Source of the DNA: Octopus bimaculoides
Taxonomy: Eukaryota
Assembly (NCBI RefSeq): GCF_001194135.2
Contig: NC_068991.1
Coordinates: 73,232,020 to 73,296,019, forward strand
Direction of reading: 5' to 3'
DNA length: 64,000 nucleotides
Both the position numbers and the translations under genes were made by a program. The notes beneath the pieces are model-generated. The model was not told the DNA's origin and made no database searches. It saw only the letters and a list, made by a program, of their open reading frames with translations. This document shows positions 36,743 through 48,929 of the stretch, piece by piece; position 1 is the first letter of the stretch; each line of letters opens with the position of its first letter.

Positions 36743-38659
36743 GTGTGTTTGTGTGTGTGTGTTACTGTACACATATAATGGTATAATGGGGGGAACATCT
36801 CGTAGTACATACATACATATATACAAACATACATTCGTACATAAATGTACACATAGTAAGATGAGCTCCAAGAAGTTCAATAGCTCACAGTTGCTGGTTG
36901 TGTATTCCCAAGCGGGGCACCTCGGGGTGTTTAGAATTTGTGGTACCTAGTGCACAATATGTACCCTTTGTACATCATATTACACATAAGCGCACTCACA
37001 TACGCACTATCGCACATTCACTCACGAGTGTGTTTGTTAATGTATTTGTATACAGAAACACACACACACACACTCTCTCACACACAGACATACACATATA
37101 TGTACACACACATATAAACTAGTAGCCGATTTACCAATATATGACTATTAGTTTGCTCTTCAGGTTAGTTAATTATTTATATCGATTTCATCTTTAGGCA
37201 AAAAGACATCTGAAATGCTAAATTGTGACGTCATGTCTTTCATCGCGGGTGGTAACAGCGTAAGTAACGGAAATTTGGTAGCACGTCACAGCACCAGTTC
37301 ACCGGAAGACCATCTCTACACATCTAATTCGTAATATTGATTTTTCATGCAGACTTTAGATGTAAATAGGGAAATGAGATTGTGTAACGATAAAGTTTTT
37401 TTTTTTTAAATTTAATTACTAGTGTCGCGAAAGTAAATGGAGTAGTTTTAAATGGGGGACCGAAGTGAAACCAGAAAGTTAGTTTGCGTCACTGAACCTT
37501 TCGTATGCTTGAAACCTATAATATGAAGCAGGATGACATTGTCTAATGGTACTTGCTTTTGGTTAAAAGTGAAGTTTTTTTGTTTTTGTTTTAAATAAGA
37601 TGTGGATTGGTATGAGTTAATTCTGTCATAAAACCACTCTTTACTTTTACCGTTCCTTGGGAAATTAAGAGCCAGCAGTCATTGTAAAAGGAAGTTAAAC
37701 TTTAAAAATATTACAAAGCAATCTAAATTATTATAAAGCTAAAAATAAACAAAAATAAAACAACGCTGTTCATTAGTAAATTTGATGATTAATATTAGAG
37801 AGAGGAAGAATTATATATAGAGGAAGATTAAGAGATAGAGAGAGAAAGAGATAGTGAGATGAAGTAAGATTTAGATGAAGAGATAGAAAGATAAAGAGAT
37901 AGAGAGAGAAAACAAATAGAGAGGGAAAGAAAGAAATGAGGAGATAGAGAGAGAAAGAGATAGTGGGAAACAGCCGTTGGTGAAAGCTATTTAAAATTCA
38001 CGGCAAACAATGAAAGGAATTTTGATAACCAGGGAATGCTGGAGCAAATACAATTAGAATTTATTCCAAAGTGTTTTTGCTGTATATTACGGCTCAATGT
38101 ATAGTAAAGTTGGTCGAAAATAAATAGCAGTTGGTAGTCTGTTTATTTTCTATTCACTGTTGGTTTAACTAACAAATTTGAATTCCTGAACAATGCCTTG
38201 GTTTTCTGTATTTCACTAATATACATATGTAAATATGTATGGGTGTTGTTTTCAACATATGACTGTAATTACGGCTAATTAGTTACATATGCAACGTTTC
38301 CATGTTTCCAATAATCTCATTTACTATTTTTAAATATGTATTAGTTGGAATTTGAAAGTACCAAAAACAAACAGAAATCGAAAAGAACAAACAAAAGAAA
38401 AAACCACTACGTGAAAGGAAAACAAGAAAACGAGAAAATATATTTTTCTCAGCTCAATATCTTGATTGTTTTCTAGTTTTCTACAGTAGACTACATCATA
38501 GATGTCTGTGTTTTCTAAAAGGAATCCAGACCATAGTTCTAGCTTAGCATCTTTGCTCTATAACACTCCTGCATCACTCGAGTGATCTTTACTGGCGGTA
38601 GTATCATTAAATATAGATAAAGGGGAGTGGACTGGCAAAATTGTTTGAGTAACGAGTTA

Positions 38660-38792
38660 AATGAGTTACGGTATTCATTCCTTTTCTATATATATTCTGT
38701 CGTCGAATCTTCTCAAATGTGGATACAAAGGTAGACATTCTTTCATCCTTCTCGATACGAGAAAAAAATCATATAACTGAGGTCGGTCTAAT
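38660..38792 (+). mobile_element. SINE family A, old degenerate plus-strand copy
   Basis: aggtagacattctttcatccttctcgat...actgaggtcggtctaatc corresponds to aggtcgactttgcctttcatcctttcggggtcgat...actggggtcgatctaatc. Confidence 0.5.
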
Positions 38793-38995
38793 CTTCTACT
38801 CAAGACACAATGCCCGATATTTTGGTGGAGGGGGCCAGTCGATTAGATCCATCACAGTACGCAATTGGTACTTAATTTATCGACCCAGAAAGGATGAAAG
38901 GCAAAGTCGACCTCGGCGGAATGTGAACTCAGAACGCAAAGACACACGAAATACTGCTAAGCATTTGCTAACGCTTCTACCAGCTTGCCGCCTTA
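38793..38995 (-). mobile_element. SINE family A (A1), near full length
   Basis: Matches the family over about 200 bp. Confidence 0.92.
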
Positions 38996-39329
38996 AAACT
39001 GGTAAAACATTGAAATAAAAATGATTTTCTAAAGAATTTCAGTTCGGATTTGTTTGGTATTAGATTTCTTAGACATTTGTTCATAACGTTACTACTCCGA
39101 ACAGCGTTCCAGCCATGCCTCTTTCGGCGACAATGATTTATTTTGGCTTATTTGCACGTTTTTGTAGCAAGTTCACTTTCAGGAGAAGAGGTTGTGTAAC
39201 TTGTGTCTCAACTAATCTATTTTATCGGCGGATTTGGACCAGATTTTATCTTCACTTGAAGGCCAATACTCTTGTAAGGATCATGGGATACTGATAGGCT
39301 GAAAGAGAAAGAATTTAAGGAGGAGGAAT

Positions 39330-39470
39330 CACTTCGAAAAAATAGCGTGACTGGTATTTAATTTCATTGATAGATGAAAGAAAAAGTTGACCGCGGTAGG
39401 ATTTGAACTCCAAAGGTAAAGAATCAGACCAATGATAATGCATTCGTCCGAAGCTCAAACGATTCAACCA
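39330..39470 (-). mobile_element. SINE family A-like, old degenerate copy
   Basis: actggtatttaattt...gatgaaag.aaaagttgaccgcggtaggatttgaactc. Confidence 0.5.
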
Positions 39471-39984
39471 AACTATTTCCTGTTTCCAGAGTAAGTGCAG
39501 TAAATAACCTGTTTCCTTTCATTAGAGTGGAACATCACTAGAATTCCATATAGAATTTGTCATGAAATTGAAGTGAGTTTTCGAAATTAGATCACATTCA
39601 CGTTCTATATTTTGTGCCCATACGAAACGAGGTCGCGTAATAAATCAAACATTCTGTCTTTGTTCATACTATCAGACATTCAGCAGAACATTAAAGGAAA
39701 CAGATTTCTTTTATTCATTGCTATGCAATTAAAGACGAGTAGTTCTAGAAAAGTTCATAGACAAAAAGAACACTGCTACCATCGACACCATCAGCAGCAT
39801 CACCACCAGCACCACCAGCATCACCATCATCAACAACAACCGGTCATTATTGAGCAACCAAGTTGGCATTTTAGAGCTTTTGCAATTTGGTAGTTTCAAA
39901 TATTGGTCAGAAAGTTCGTGACATGATAGAGAACTTGACACAGAACGTGTAAAGATAATCGACTTCGTAACTCATATATCATGG

Positions 39985-40140
39985 ATTTATTAATGAAATT
40001 TGAGGCTGCTGCTTTCCAGTCATTCGATTGATGTTGTAAATTGGCTTTGTAGTTAGCGTAAATTCGGATAATGAAGATTTAAAATTCTCATCGGTCATTG
40101 AAACTCTTGGAGATTTCCTCGTGAACATATTCGCATCAGT
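39985..40140 (-). mobile_element. Possible hAT (Charlie/SPIN-like) transposase C-terminal remnant
   Basis: ANMFTRKSPRVSMTDENFKSSLSEFTLTTKPIYNINRMTGKQQPQIS loosely resembles the hAT ending KS..RSRLTDE.L...L......I..L...KQ.Q.SH. Confidence 0.3.
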
Positions 40141-40191
40141 CTTTATGTTGCTACTGATATACAAACACAAAGAAACACGCATACAATTATG

Positions 40192-40227
<36 letters not shown>

Positions 40228-41057
40228 ATAAGTTGGAGGTGGTAATAGCACAGAAGTAAATCTAAGACATTTCAATTTAAGAAGGAATTTAATAAAATTA
40301 TATTTAAAATATATAAAGAAAATATTACCGGTTTCGATGATGAATCTCATCTTATCAAATATCATTAAAAATTGGAAGTAAAAACAGTTTATCTTTTGTA
40401 TGGGGGTCAAAAACATGTTTTACATACATACATACAGATATATTCAAATTTAAAAACAGTGGTCTCTTGGAAGGGCGTATAGTTTAGTAGCATACTTGGT
40501 AGCTTTTGTAAACTGTTTGAGGCAATCACGTAATTAGGAGCTGGCAGACACTTTTGGCCTTCACTCAATTTACGCACCAAAACACGTGGAATGCGACTCC
40601 AGGTAGGGTGTGGGCTGAACCAGCACTTACCTGGTATTCATCTTCGTGTATGGGCATGTCCTAATGTTTCGTGAATCAGTTCACACGCCACATGGTTAAA
40701 TATTCCCTATGTGTCAAATATAAGCTCGAGAGAACAGGAGACTAGTACAATAAGCTTCAATTAAACATCAATGGGAAATTGCTGCTGTATGTTTCCCCAC
40801 GAATCATAAATCTTCAGATTTTCATTTTGTAACGGAAGTACATGATTGCCGACGTCTGGAAATATAGCGCATGACGGGAGAGAGAGAGGAGGGCATATAG
40901 CCATGGAATTGAAAAGACAGATGATAAAATCGGCCAGAGGGCAAAGCTATTTTATTTTATCGTCATCTGAGAGCCATTAGAAAATGAAATGACTTCAACG
41001 CTCATATCTACTACACTGCATGCCCGTGGGCATATAACGTAGTGGAAATTCCACCAG

Positions 41058-41103
41058 AACACCTGATGAAGGCTTGAGCGTACATCAGCCGAAACGGTGT
41101 GAT
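41058..41103 (+). ncRNA. Degenerate minimal hammerhead-like motif
   Basis: AACAC-CUGAUGA-A-GGC(U)UGA[gcguaca]UCAGCC-GAAA-CG-G-U-GUGAU: canonical core and stem II, but position 16.1 is G. Confidence 0.5.
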
Positions 41104-41833
41104 AACAGTAAACAAGGTGAGGATACTTATCCGTCCATTGTAAATAATGCACATAATTTCTCGTCTCAAAACTATACAATAGTATTAATTTTTTAAAAAA
41201 TTATTCTTTCTCTGCAGCCCGGTACAAATATGCGGCCCGGTGTTTGGGGAAGCTTACCTTGGAACACTTTTCGGGTTATATACTAAGGATGTATATTTGT
41301 ATTGTATTTTAAATATTTATTTTGACTCTTCCACGATGTAATAATTGTCAAACCTGCAGACGATCTCGGATAAAAACAATCTCTAAACAAGTAAAACTGA
41401 ATATAAATTTCAAATGGGTTTGCCATTTCGGAATTAACATTTAACAGTTACAGAAGATACATATACAGAGTATACGCAGTTGCAAGTTCAATTATCGTTC
41501 ATTTTTTCTTCTCTCCTTTTTTCTATTCTATTTCAATGGAGTTGATTAGCAATATAACAGAAGGAAACAATAACACAATGGCTGTATTGTGTCGAGATAA
41601 TTAAAAAGAAATAATGGTATTTTTTTTTATTCGAATGTGGACTGATTTTTTTAATTAACCTCGTCACTTAAACTCCCTCCCATTTATCTCCCTTCCTCGC
41701 TCTCTAACATCTTTTTTTTTCTCTCTCTCTCTCTCTCTGTATGTATTGCTGTTACTACTGTACTTACGACTGCACAAAGTATCTTATTGTTGTACATTGT
41801 CATTTGGTTACCTTCGTACACATATGTATACGC

Positions 41834-41864
<31 letters not shown>

Positions 41865-42459
41865 ATACATACATACATAAATACACAGACATATTCAAAT
41901 ATGAATCAGAAGCATTGCCAGAGGTGCAAACATTCTATATGCATGGTCGATAATATGTATATATACATATATACGCACTCACATACCCATATGTATATAT
42001 GTGTTGATGTATGTTTATGTATGTCAGTATATACATACAATATACATGTGTGCGTGTGTGCGTGTGTGTTTGTGTGTGTGTTTGTGTGTGTGTGTGTATA
42101 AGCGCATGTGTGTGTATGTATACACATGTATAAGGCCTGAAAGCAAAGTAGAATCCGAAATAGCAAAAACAATGGAGGATGTATGAAGTCAATGCAATTA
42201 ACACTGCAGGAGGAAAAGATTATAAGACGACGTCATTTAAGACAAAACTTTGGCGCCAGGAAGAAGTTAAAATGAAAGGAATAAAAAAAATGAAAGTCTC
42301 AAATACTAAACCGTTGGTTCGCAACATCGTCGCATCTTTTTGCTCAGTTGTCCTCCACTTCAATTCTCGTTGCTTCTTTTTCGTATATTATACCACAGCA
42401 TGATACACTTATGTCTCGTCAACGTCATAAGCAACAGTTGTTCCTCTGTTTAAATACAC

Positions 42460-42625
42460 CTCTTCCTGATACTAACTAATAGGTTAGTCTCCTCTAAAAC
42501 ACCTCCCCATACTTTTGGTGTGGGTTGCCACTAAATCTTCTCCATAAATGCCCAGAATATTTCCCTACACATCATGCTGGTATACGCACGCCAACATCTG
42601 TGTTTTTTAATTCATGGCGTCACGT
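42460..42625 (-). mobile_element. Possible decayed RTE-like LINE fragment
   Basis: Minus frame RCWRAYTSMMCREIFWAFMEKI*...EETNLLVSIRKRCI weakly resembles the RTE RT C-terminus (MLR....W.EK....L...IRKR.L.W). Confidence 0.25.
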
Positions 42626-42781
42626 CAACATAACCCGGTCACTTCATGCCAAGACCCGATATCATGTCATCTTACACATCCCAATTACTAACATCTTGAC
42701 TTATTTCTCCTAAACATTCACACATAATCTTGCTCACACAATTAACTTTCATTTTGCTTTACACCCGCATATATATATATC

Positions 42782-42863
<82 letters not shown>
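42782..42863. repeat. (TAGA)n microsatellite
   Basis: About 20 tandem TAGA units. Confidence 0.97.
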
Positions 42864-43467
42864 TACTTACATACTTTCGGTGGGAATAATTTTGTTAAGC
42901 GGTGTCGAGTTTTACAATTCTGTATATAATAATAATGGTATCTTTTTATAAGCTTAAAGCGATCGCTCTGCAAATGACTATGGAAAATAGTCTAATAATG
43001 GGGCGTATAAACCCTCGACAGAAAAAAAGTAGGCTTTTCCGTACGCATGGGAGTCCAACCTACATCTCTTTGTTAACACGACTAAGTGTGTTACTGATTA
43101 CACCAGCGAACCAGCCTGTTCTTTTCTGAAAATATTGATTATTTCCCAATGCTATGTAAGTAATTTGCCTTGTGATCAGCAGCTGGAAAAATGTCCTCAA
43201 GTTTCTATTCCTATTGCTGTATGATGTTGCTAAAACAAAATACATTGCTTTCTCTCGAAAAACATGTTCTGTGACACCTCTCTTGTCATTTATATATAAT
43301 CAAATCAATATGAAAAATATTCCTTGAATATATCCATGAATGCTTCTACTACTTCCACCCAGTGAAAACTTAACAGGTTCGGTATGGATATTTCGGACAA
43401 GAAGGAAAGATCACGAAAGTCATTAGAGTTAGCCCTCTTGTAGATATGAACGTCTCTTCCAAATTCA

Positions 43468-44028
43468 TTGAGAAGAAGAATATTTATGCGAAACTTCAGA
43501 AAGAAGATCGTCTCTTTGCAACAGCTTAGCTACTGGGAAAGGCTGAAACAGCTCACACTCTATTCCCTGGAGCGAAGGCAGGAGAGGTATGCTGTAATAT
43601 ACGTCTGGATGTTTCTGGAAGGAATTGCGCCAAATTTTGGCATTGAAAGCTACACCAATGCCAGAACGGGTCGATATTGCACAGTGCCAAAGATCCCAGC
43701 AATGCCATCGCGCTTCAAGATCACTTACTGCAACAGCCTGGATTTCAGGGGGACATAGCTTTTTAATATTCTTCCAAAGAGTCTGAGGGACCTACACAAA
43801 GTTGATGTAGGTCTTTTCAAATCTAAACTGGACCTATTCCTGTCGAGAATCCCAGACGAACCTACCTCGCGGCAAGAAGTGCAAATGAGTGTAGCGACAT
43901 CAAACTCACTTATTCACCAAATGCCACATATTAGAGAGGAGGCTCTCAATAACAACAGTGTAGCAAAATTGCGGTGTCCCAGCATGGCCACAGTTCTGAG
44001 CTGAAACTAAAAAAAAGAAAGAAAAAAA
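43468..44028 (+). mobile_element. CR1-group LINE, 5'-truncated: RT C-terminus and 3' tail
   Basis: RKKIVSLQQLSYWERLKQLTLYSLERRQERYAVIYVWMFLEGIAPNFGI... then one in-frame TAG (43756) and LFNILPKSLRDLHKVDVGLFKSKLDLFLSRIPDEP. The motifs LSY.ERL..L.L.SLE.RR and LFN.LP..FK..LD are characteristic of CR1. An A-rich tail follows. Confidence 0.88.
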
Positions 44029-45604
44029 CTACTTCAAAACCGGCAGCATCTCAGCCCATATCTATGGCAATAATTCTTGTTATTCAAATGAAGATTAATT
44101 TATGCAGTTGGCTATGTTAGTAAATGTCGAGTCGGTTGTCTCGAATGGGAAGCCGTTTCAGATGAAGAAAATGACCACTTCACTTAGGAAACATAATGTA
44201 TTCCAAGTTTTTCTATGCATACACTTCTCAGAATTGTCTCACTTCCAAGGATGGGTCTTAGTTTCTTTGTTATAACCGAATTTCTTCCTTACAGGAAGAA
44301 TTAAAATAGATACAAGAAAAAGAGAAGATAGCATATATAGCATGGATGCAAGTGGGATGAACTCGCCCTCTCGAAGAAAGAATATAGCTCCATAATTCTT
44401 ATCTTGCATATTGTCATTTGCAATAATCATCAAAAAGGTATTATTGGCGCTGCGGAATTTTTCTAACCATTATTACCTGTTATTTACAATCGTTACAAGC
44501 TTACCAACAAAGAGCGGATGGATAAGAAAACAAAAAACAAACAAAGGAGCAATGAAACACCAATCAGGAAGGCAATACAAACACATGAAAAAAGAGAGAA
44601 AGGATGAAGGAGGAGGCTTAAGACAGATAACTCACAACATCCGGTGTCGCTCCGGTATCTTCTGTTAAACATCAGCAACAAAAACATACATTAACAAAAC
44701 GGTCGTTGGTAAGGAATGTATAATGTCTCACAAGAGAGACATAAACTCGACAACAAATATTTAGTTCTTGTCGATGTTAGAAGCGACCTTAAATCTACCG
44801 GAGAAATGTATACTAACATGGTGCCGTTAGAGAAAACCTCTGTAGATTATAAAACGCTAATGCATATTCATGGTTCCTGTAAATCTGAAAACGATGCCAT
44901 TATGAATAGGAATTGTAACCTCATAACTGCTATATCGAAACGTTTTGAGGATTGTAGAGTTAGTAATGCAATAGCAAGAAATAGCTACAAAATACCTGTT
45001 CGACAATGGCTATGAATGGACACTATTGATTATGTTATATATCTATAGAATTTCTTTTACAAGCGAATCAGAGATTCAGTGATGGTACTCTCTATCTACG
45101 CGACACAACGTTCTTCTTCGAGAAATATAAATATCCTTCATAAGACTTTCTGTTCTCTAATAAATCTAAAACGTTGCATGCAAAGTTGTGTATATCCTTA
45201 TATTCTTCCACAAGCAACACTCTGATCAAAAGTTCATAAAAATACAAACAAAAGTAAGCATCAAGAACCAATATTGAGATTCTATGTGATTTTATTCATT
45301 GGGTAGAAATAACAACTAAGCTACTCTGAAACAAATATTTCGCCTTCTTAGTAAAGAAAAGGATGAGCACGAACTGGATAATGAAATCTTAATAGTATGT
45401 GCGTGAAAAAATATGTGATATTGTCAGAAATTCAATGTCTTTGATTGTGGGTTAATTAAATGAGCTTTGAGCCGAGGCTAACCAACAACGACAACAAGAA
45501 AAACAACAGCAACAACAATGAAGGCAACAATAAAAACATAGGATAGAGTAGCCTGGAGAGTAAACAAAACTGATATAAAGAAACGAGCAGCCCAGGATAT
45601 CTCT

Positions 45605-45995
45605 ACTTGTTTCAGCTGTTTGACTGTGGCCATGCTGGAGCATCGCCTTTAGTCGAGCAAATCGACCCAGGACTTATTCTTTGGAGGCCTAGTACTTATT
45701 CTATAGGTCTCTTTTTGCCGAACAGCTAAGTTACGGGGACGTAAACACACCACCATCGGTTGTCAAGCGATGTTGGCGGGGGACAAACACAGACACACAA
45801 ACATATACACACACATACACATATATGTACATATACACGACGGGCTTCTTTCAGTTTCCGTCTACCAAATCTACTCACAAGGGTTTGGTCGGCCCGAGGC
45901 TATAGTAGAAGACACTTGCCCAAGGTGCGACACAGTGGGACTGAACATGGAACCATGTGGTTGGTAAGCAAGATACTTACCACACAGCCACTCCT
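45605..45995 (-). mobile_element. SINE family B, full-length reference copy
   Basis: Minus strand: ggagtggctgtgtggtaag (A-box), gttcagtcccac (B-box), CORE-like caccttgggcaagtgtctt, internal (TG/TA)n, second module ccccgtaacttagc...ctggg.tcgatttgctcgac, tail gcgatgctccagcatggccacagtcaaacagctgaaac. Confidence 0.95.
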
Positions 45996-46579
45996 TTGGG
46001 GGAACTTGGTTTCATGGTGTCCACATGTCCATGTCACGTCTGTCAGTTTTTACAGAGCATTGAGGATGTCAGTATTTTCATACCCAGTCAGGTACTTATT
46101 CCATCAGTCTCTTGTCTAACCGTTAAGTCATATATATATATATATATATANNNNNNNNNNNNNNNNNNNNNNNNNNNNNNNNNNNNNNNNNNNNNNNNNN
46201 NNNNNNNNNNNNNNNNNNNNNNNNNNNNNNNNNNNNNNNNNNNNNNNNNNNNNNNNNNNNNNNNNNNNNNNNNNNNNNNNNNNNNNNNNNNNNNNNNNNN
46301 NNNNNNNNNNNNNNNNNNNNNNNNNNNNNNNNNNNNNNNNNNNNNNNNNNNNNNNNNNNNNNNNNNNNNNNNNNNNNNNNNNNNNNNNNNNNNNNNNNNN
46401 NNNNNNNNNNNNNNNNNNNNNNNNNNNNNNNNNNNNNNNNNNNNNNNNNNNNNNNNNNNNNNNNNNNNNNNNNNNNNNNNNNNNNNNNNNNNNNNNNNNN
46501 NNNNNNNNNNNNNNNNNNNNNNNNNNNNNNNNNNNNNNNNNNNNNNNNNNATATATATATATATATATATGGTTGTGTG

Positions 46580-46785
46580 TCTCAACTTGTCCCCCAACCG
46601 TCGCTTGACAACCGATAGTCGTGTGTTTACGACCCCGTAACTTACCGGTAAAGTAAAAGCGACGATAAAATAAGTACCAGGATTACAAATAACAAGTGTC
46701 CTGCGTGACGGTTAGTTCGACAAGAGGCGGTGCCCCAGTATGGCTACATTGAAATGACTGAAACAAGTAAAGGAATAAAAGAGTA
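46580..46785 (+). mobile_element. SINE family B 3' half
   Basis: cgcttgacaaccgatagtcgtgtgtttacgaccccgtaactta...ataagtaccagg...ggcggtgccccagtatggc...atgactgaaacaagtaaaggaataaaag. Confidence 0.85.
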
Positions 46786-46801
46786 TATATGTATATGTAT
46801 A

Positions 46802-46824
<23 letters not shown>

Positions 46825-46834
<10 letters not shown>

Positions 46835-46985
46835 ATGACGGGATTCTTTCAGTTTCCATCTACAAAATACGCTTTTTGGTACGACTCTACTTTAGAAGAC
46901 ATCTGCCCAAGGTATCACTTAGTGGGACTGAACACAAAACCATGAGATTTGGAATCAAGCTTCACACTACACAGCCACAACTGCA
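46825..46985 (-). mobile_element. SINE family B head, degenerate
   Basis: gacgggattctttcagtttcc.tctac...agaagacatctgcccaaggt...agtgggactgaac...cacacagccac. Confidence 0.8.
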
Positions 46986-47038
46986 GCTATACCAATATGT
47001 ATCTATCGATCTATAAATATTAAATATACCTATGTATG

Positions 47039-47093
<55 letters not shown>

Positions 47094-48023
47094 CATATAT
47101 ATACACACACACACATGCACAATTTGTGAATATAGTTTAATACATACAACCATGGAAAAAAATAAATACGATAGGATTTGGTATAAAATTTAATGGGAGC
47201 TGTCACTTAAGTAGTGCAGCTCTGAGCTATACATACCTATATATTTATATCCTATTTTGCGACCTTCTTTCTTCGCGTAAAATATTATTATTTTGTATTT
47301 TATAAACACCTTCGTTTTCCGATTTCCGCAGGAACGAGATTGCGTTCTTGATTCTGTCACGATAAGCGATACATCAAAACACTTTAATTTCAAAGTTGTT
47401 CCCTTCTATCCTGTAATATGTAAATACAAATGTAAATATCTTAAAATCAAACTGGTAGTAAAATACTGGCCTGTGTTTCTCTGTGTGATACTTGAGGAAG
47501 AATATGTGTAATTAAGTAGTCATAAATATTTGCTTATCTACAGATCGATTCCCTTACAACTACTTTAATATTGATTTCTTTTGAACAGCAGAAGAACCGA
47601 TGGATCTTCCGTCCCTTTCGACGATTTCCTGCTCGTCATATATATATACTCAGGCCTATTCTCCATTTTTTAGGAAGAGATAGCTACAAGACACACACCA
47701 GGCATTCAATTCGTTTCCCAGCTCAAAGGGGAAAGCCCCGTTCTATGCTCTGGCCAAGGCAAGAACGCAACCCCCAATATCAGCAGCGGAGACCGACAGA
47801 ATATGCTGGTTTATTCCCGCCGCATCATGCTGGTTCTGTACCCTTTTGAACAACTTCAAATTCACTCATCCGTCCACAAACACTCTCTTGCCTCTCTCAC
47901 TCCAGCACCTCTAACCACCAAAGCATTCCTCACTCCATCCATCCACACAAACTGAGGTCTGCCTCTGGTCCTCTCGTCCTATTGACATGTAAATAGGCTG
48001 AGTATTCCAGATATGTGCTGTAT

Positions 48024-48238
48024 TCTTTTCTATTCTGGGCACAAGGCCCGAAATTTTGGGGGAGTGGGCCAGTCGATTATATCGACCCCAGTACGCAACT
48101 GGTACTTAATTTATCGACCCCGAAAGGATGAAAGGGAAAGTCGACCTCGGCGGAATTTGAACTCAGAACATAACGACGGGCGAAATACCGCAAAGCATTT
48201 CGTCCAGCGTGTTAACGATTCTGCCAGCTCGCCGCCTT
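48024..48238 (-). mobile_element. SINE family A (A1), full length
   Basis: Complete match to the family with A/B boxes. Confidence 0.95.
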
Positions 48239-48389
48239 CAGATAAGTGCTGTATTGATGCACCAAAGATGGTCCTGTGAATTACTAATATAATCCATAGA
48301 GAGAAAATAAGGACAGACGTATCGACGCTTGGACTAATACTTTATCGCCTCTGCGGGATTTGAACACAAAACACTGAAACAAATTGAAC

Positions 48390-48865
48390 CAAAGGAGTGA
48401 AAGGAAATCGAAGCAAATCTTCAAAACAAATTGGTCTCAGAACATTCGCAGCCCTAGTGTTAGCGAGGGAATGAAGTTTTTCTACGAAACGTTAATCAAG
48501 ATCTGTCGAAAGCATATCCGATTTAAACTCGCCTATTCCTGCAGGAACTTGATTCATGCGTACTCATGAATCAACAATATAACAGTTTATTTTTCCAAGC
48601 CTATAATTAACAAAGGAGTTCATAATCCAAACGGATTCTTTGATCGCCGGAATTCAACTGCAAAGTCACATGTAGAAATTAATGATATTATGCAAGATAA
48701 CATACTTAAAAACCTGCAAAAACAACCTTGCGAAACCATTAAGGATGCCGTTTCAAAAATCGCTAGATACAGGCATTTTGCTGCAACTACAGAAAGCCAC
48801 AATAGTAACACAAAGAAGCTAACCCAACCGCAACGCTTCGACTGGAAGCATTGAAAGAAAAAAAT
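48390..48865 (+). mobile_element. Possible decayed LINE ORF2 post-endonuclease fragment
   Basis: FKTNWSQNIRSPSVSEGMKFFYETLIKICRKHI resembles the CR1/L2 motif ..DW.......V......F...L..IC.K.IP; followed by about 95 stop-free codons of unrecognised sequence. Confidence 0.35.
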
Positions 48866-48929
48866 GGCGTCCTGTCTAACGTTTTTACAACTTTGTTAAG
48901 CTGCCGGTTTGTAATAAGATGTATATCTT

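Noticed and set aside
39775-39842. His/Gln-rich ORF 39612..39893
   Set aside because: Produced by a CAC/CAG/CAT triplet tract; flanks have no coding signature.
44716-45015. 99-aa non-repetitive ORF
   Set aside because: No recognised motif. A rough estimate at this AT content predicts a few stop-free runs of this length by chance across six frames.
47680-47990. GC-richer island with faint RT-like words on the minus strand (LKLFKRVQ)
   Set aside because: Similarity is too weak and spread across frames to assign.
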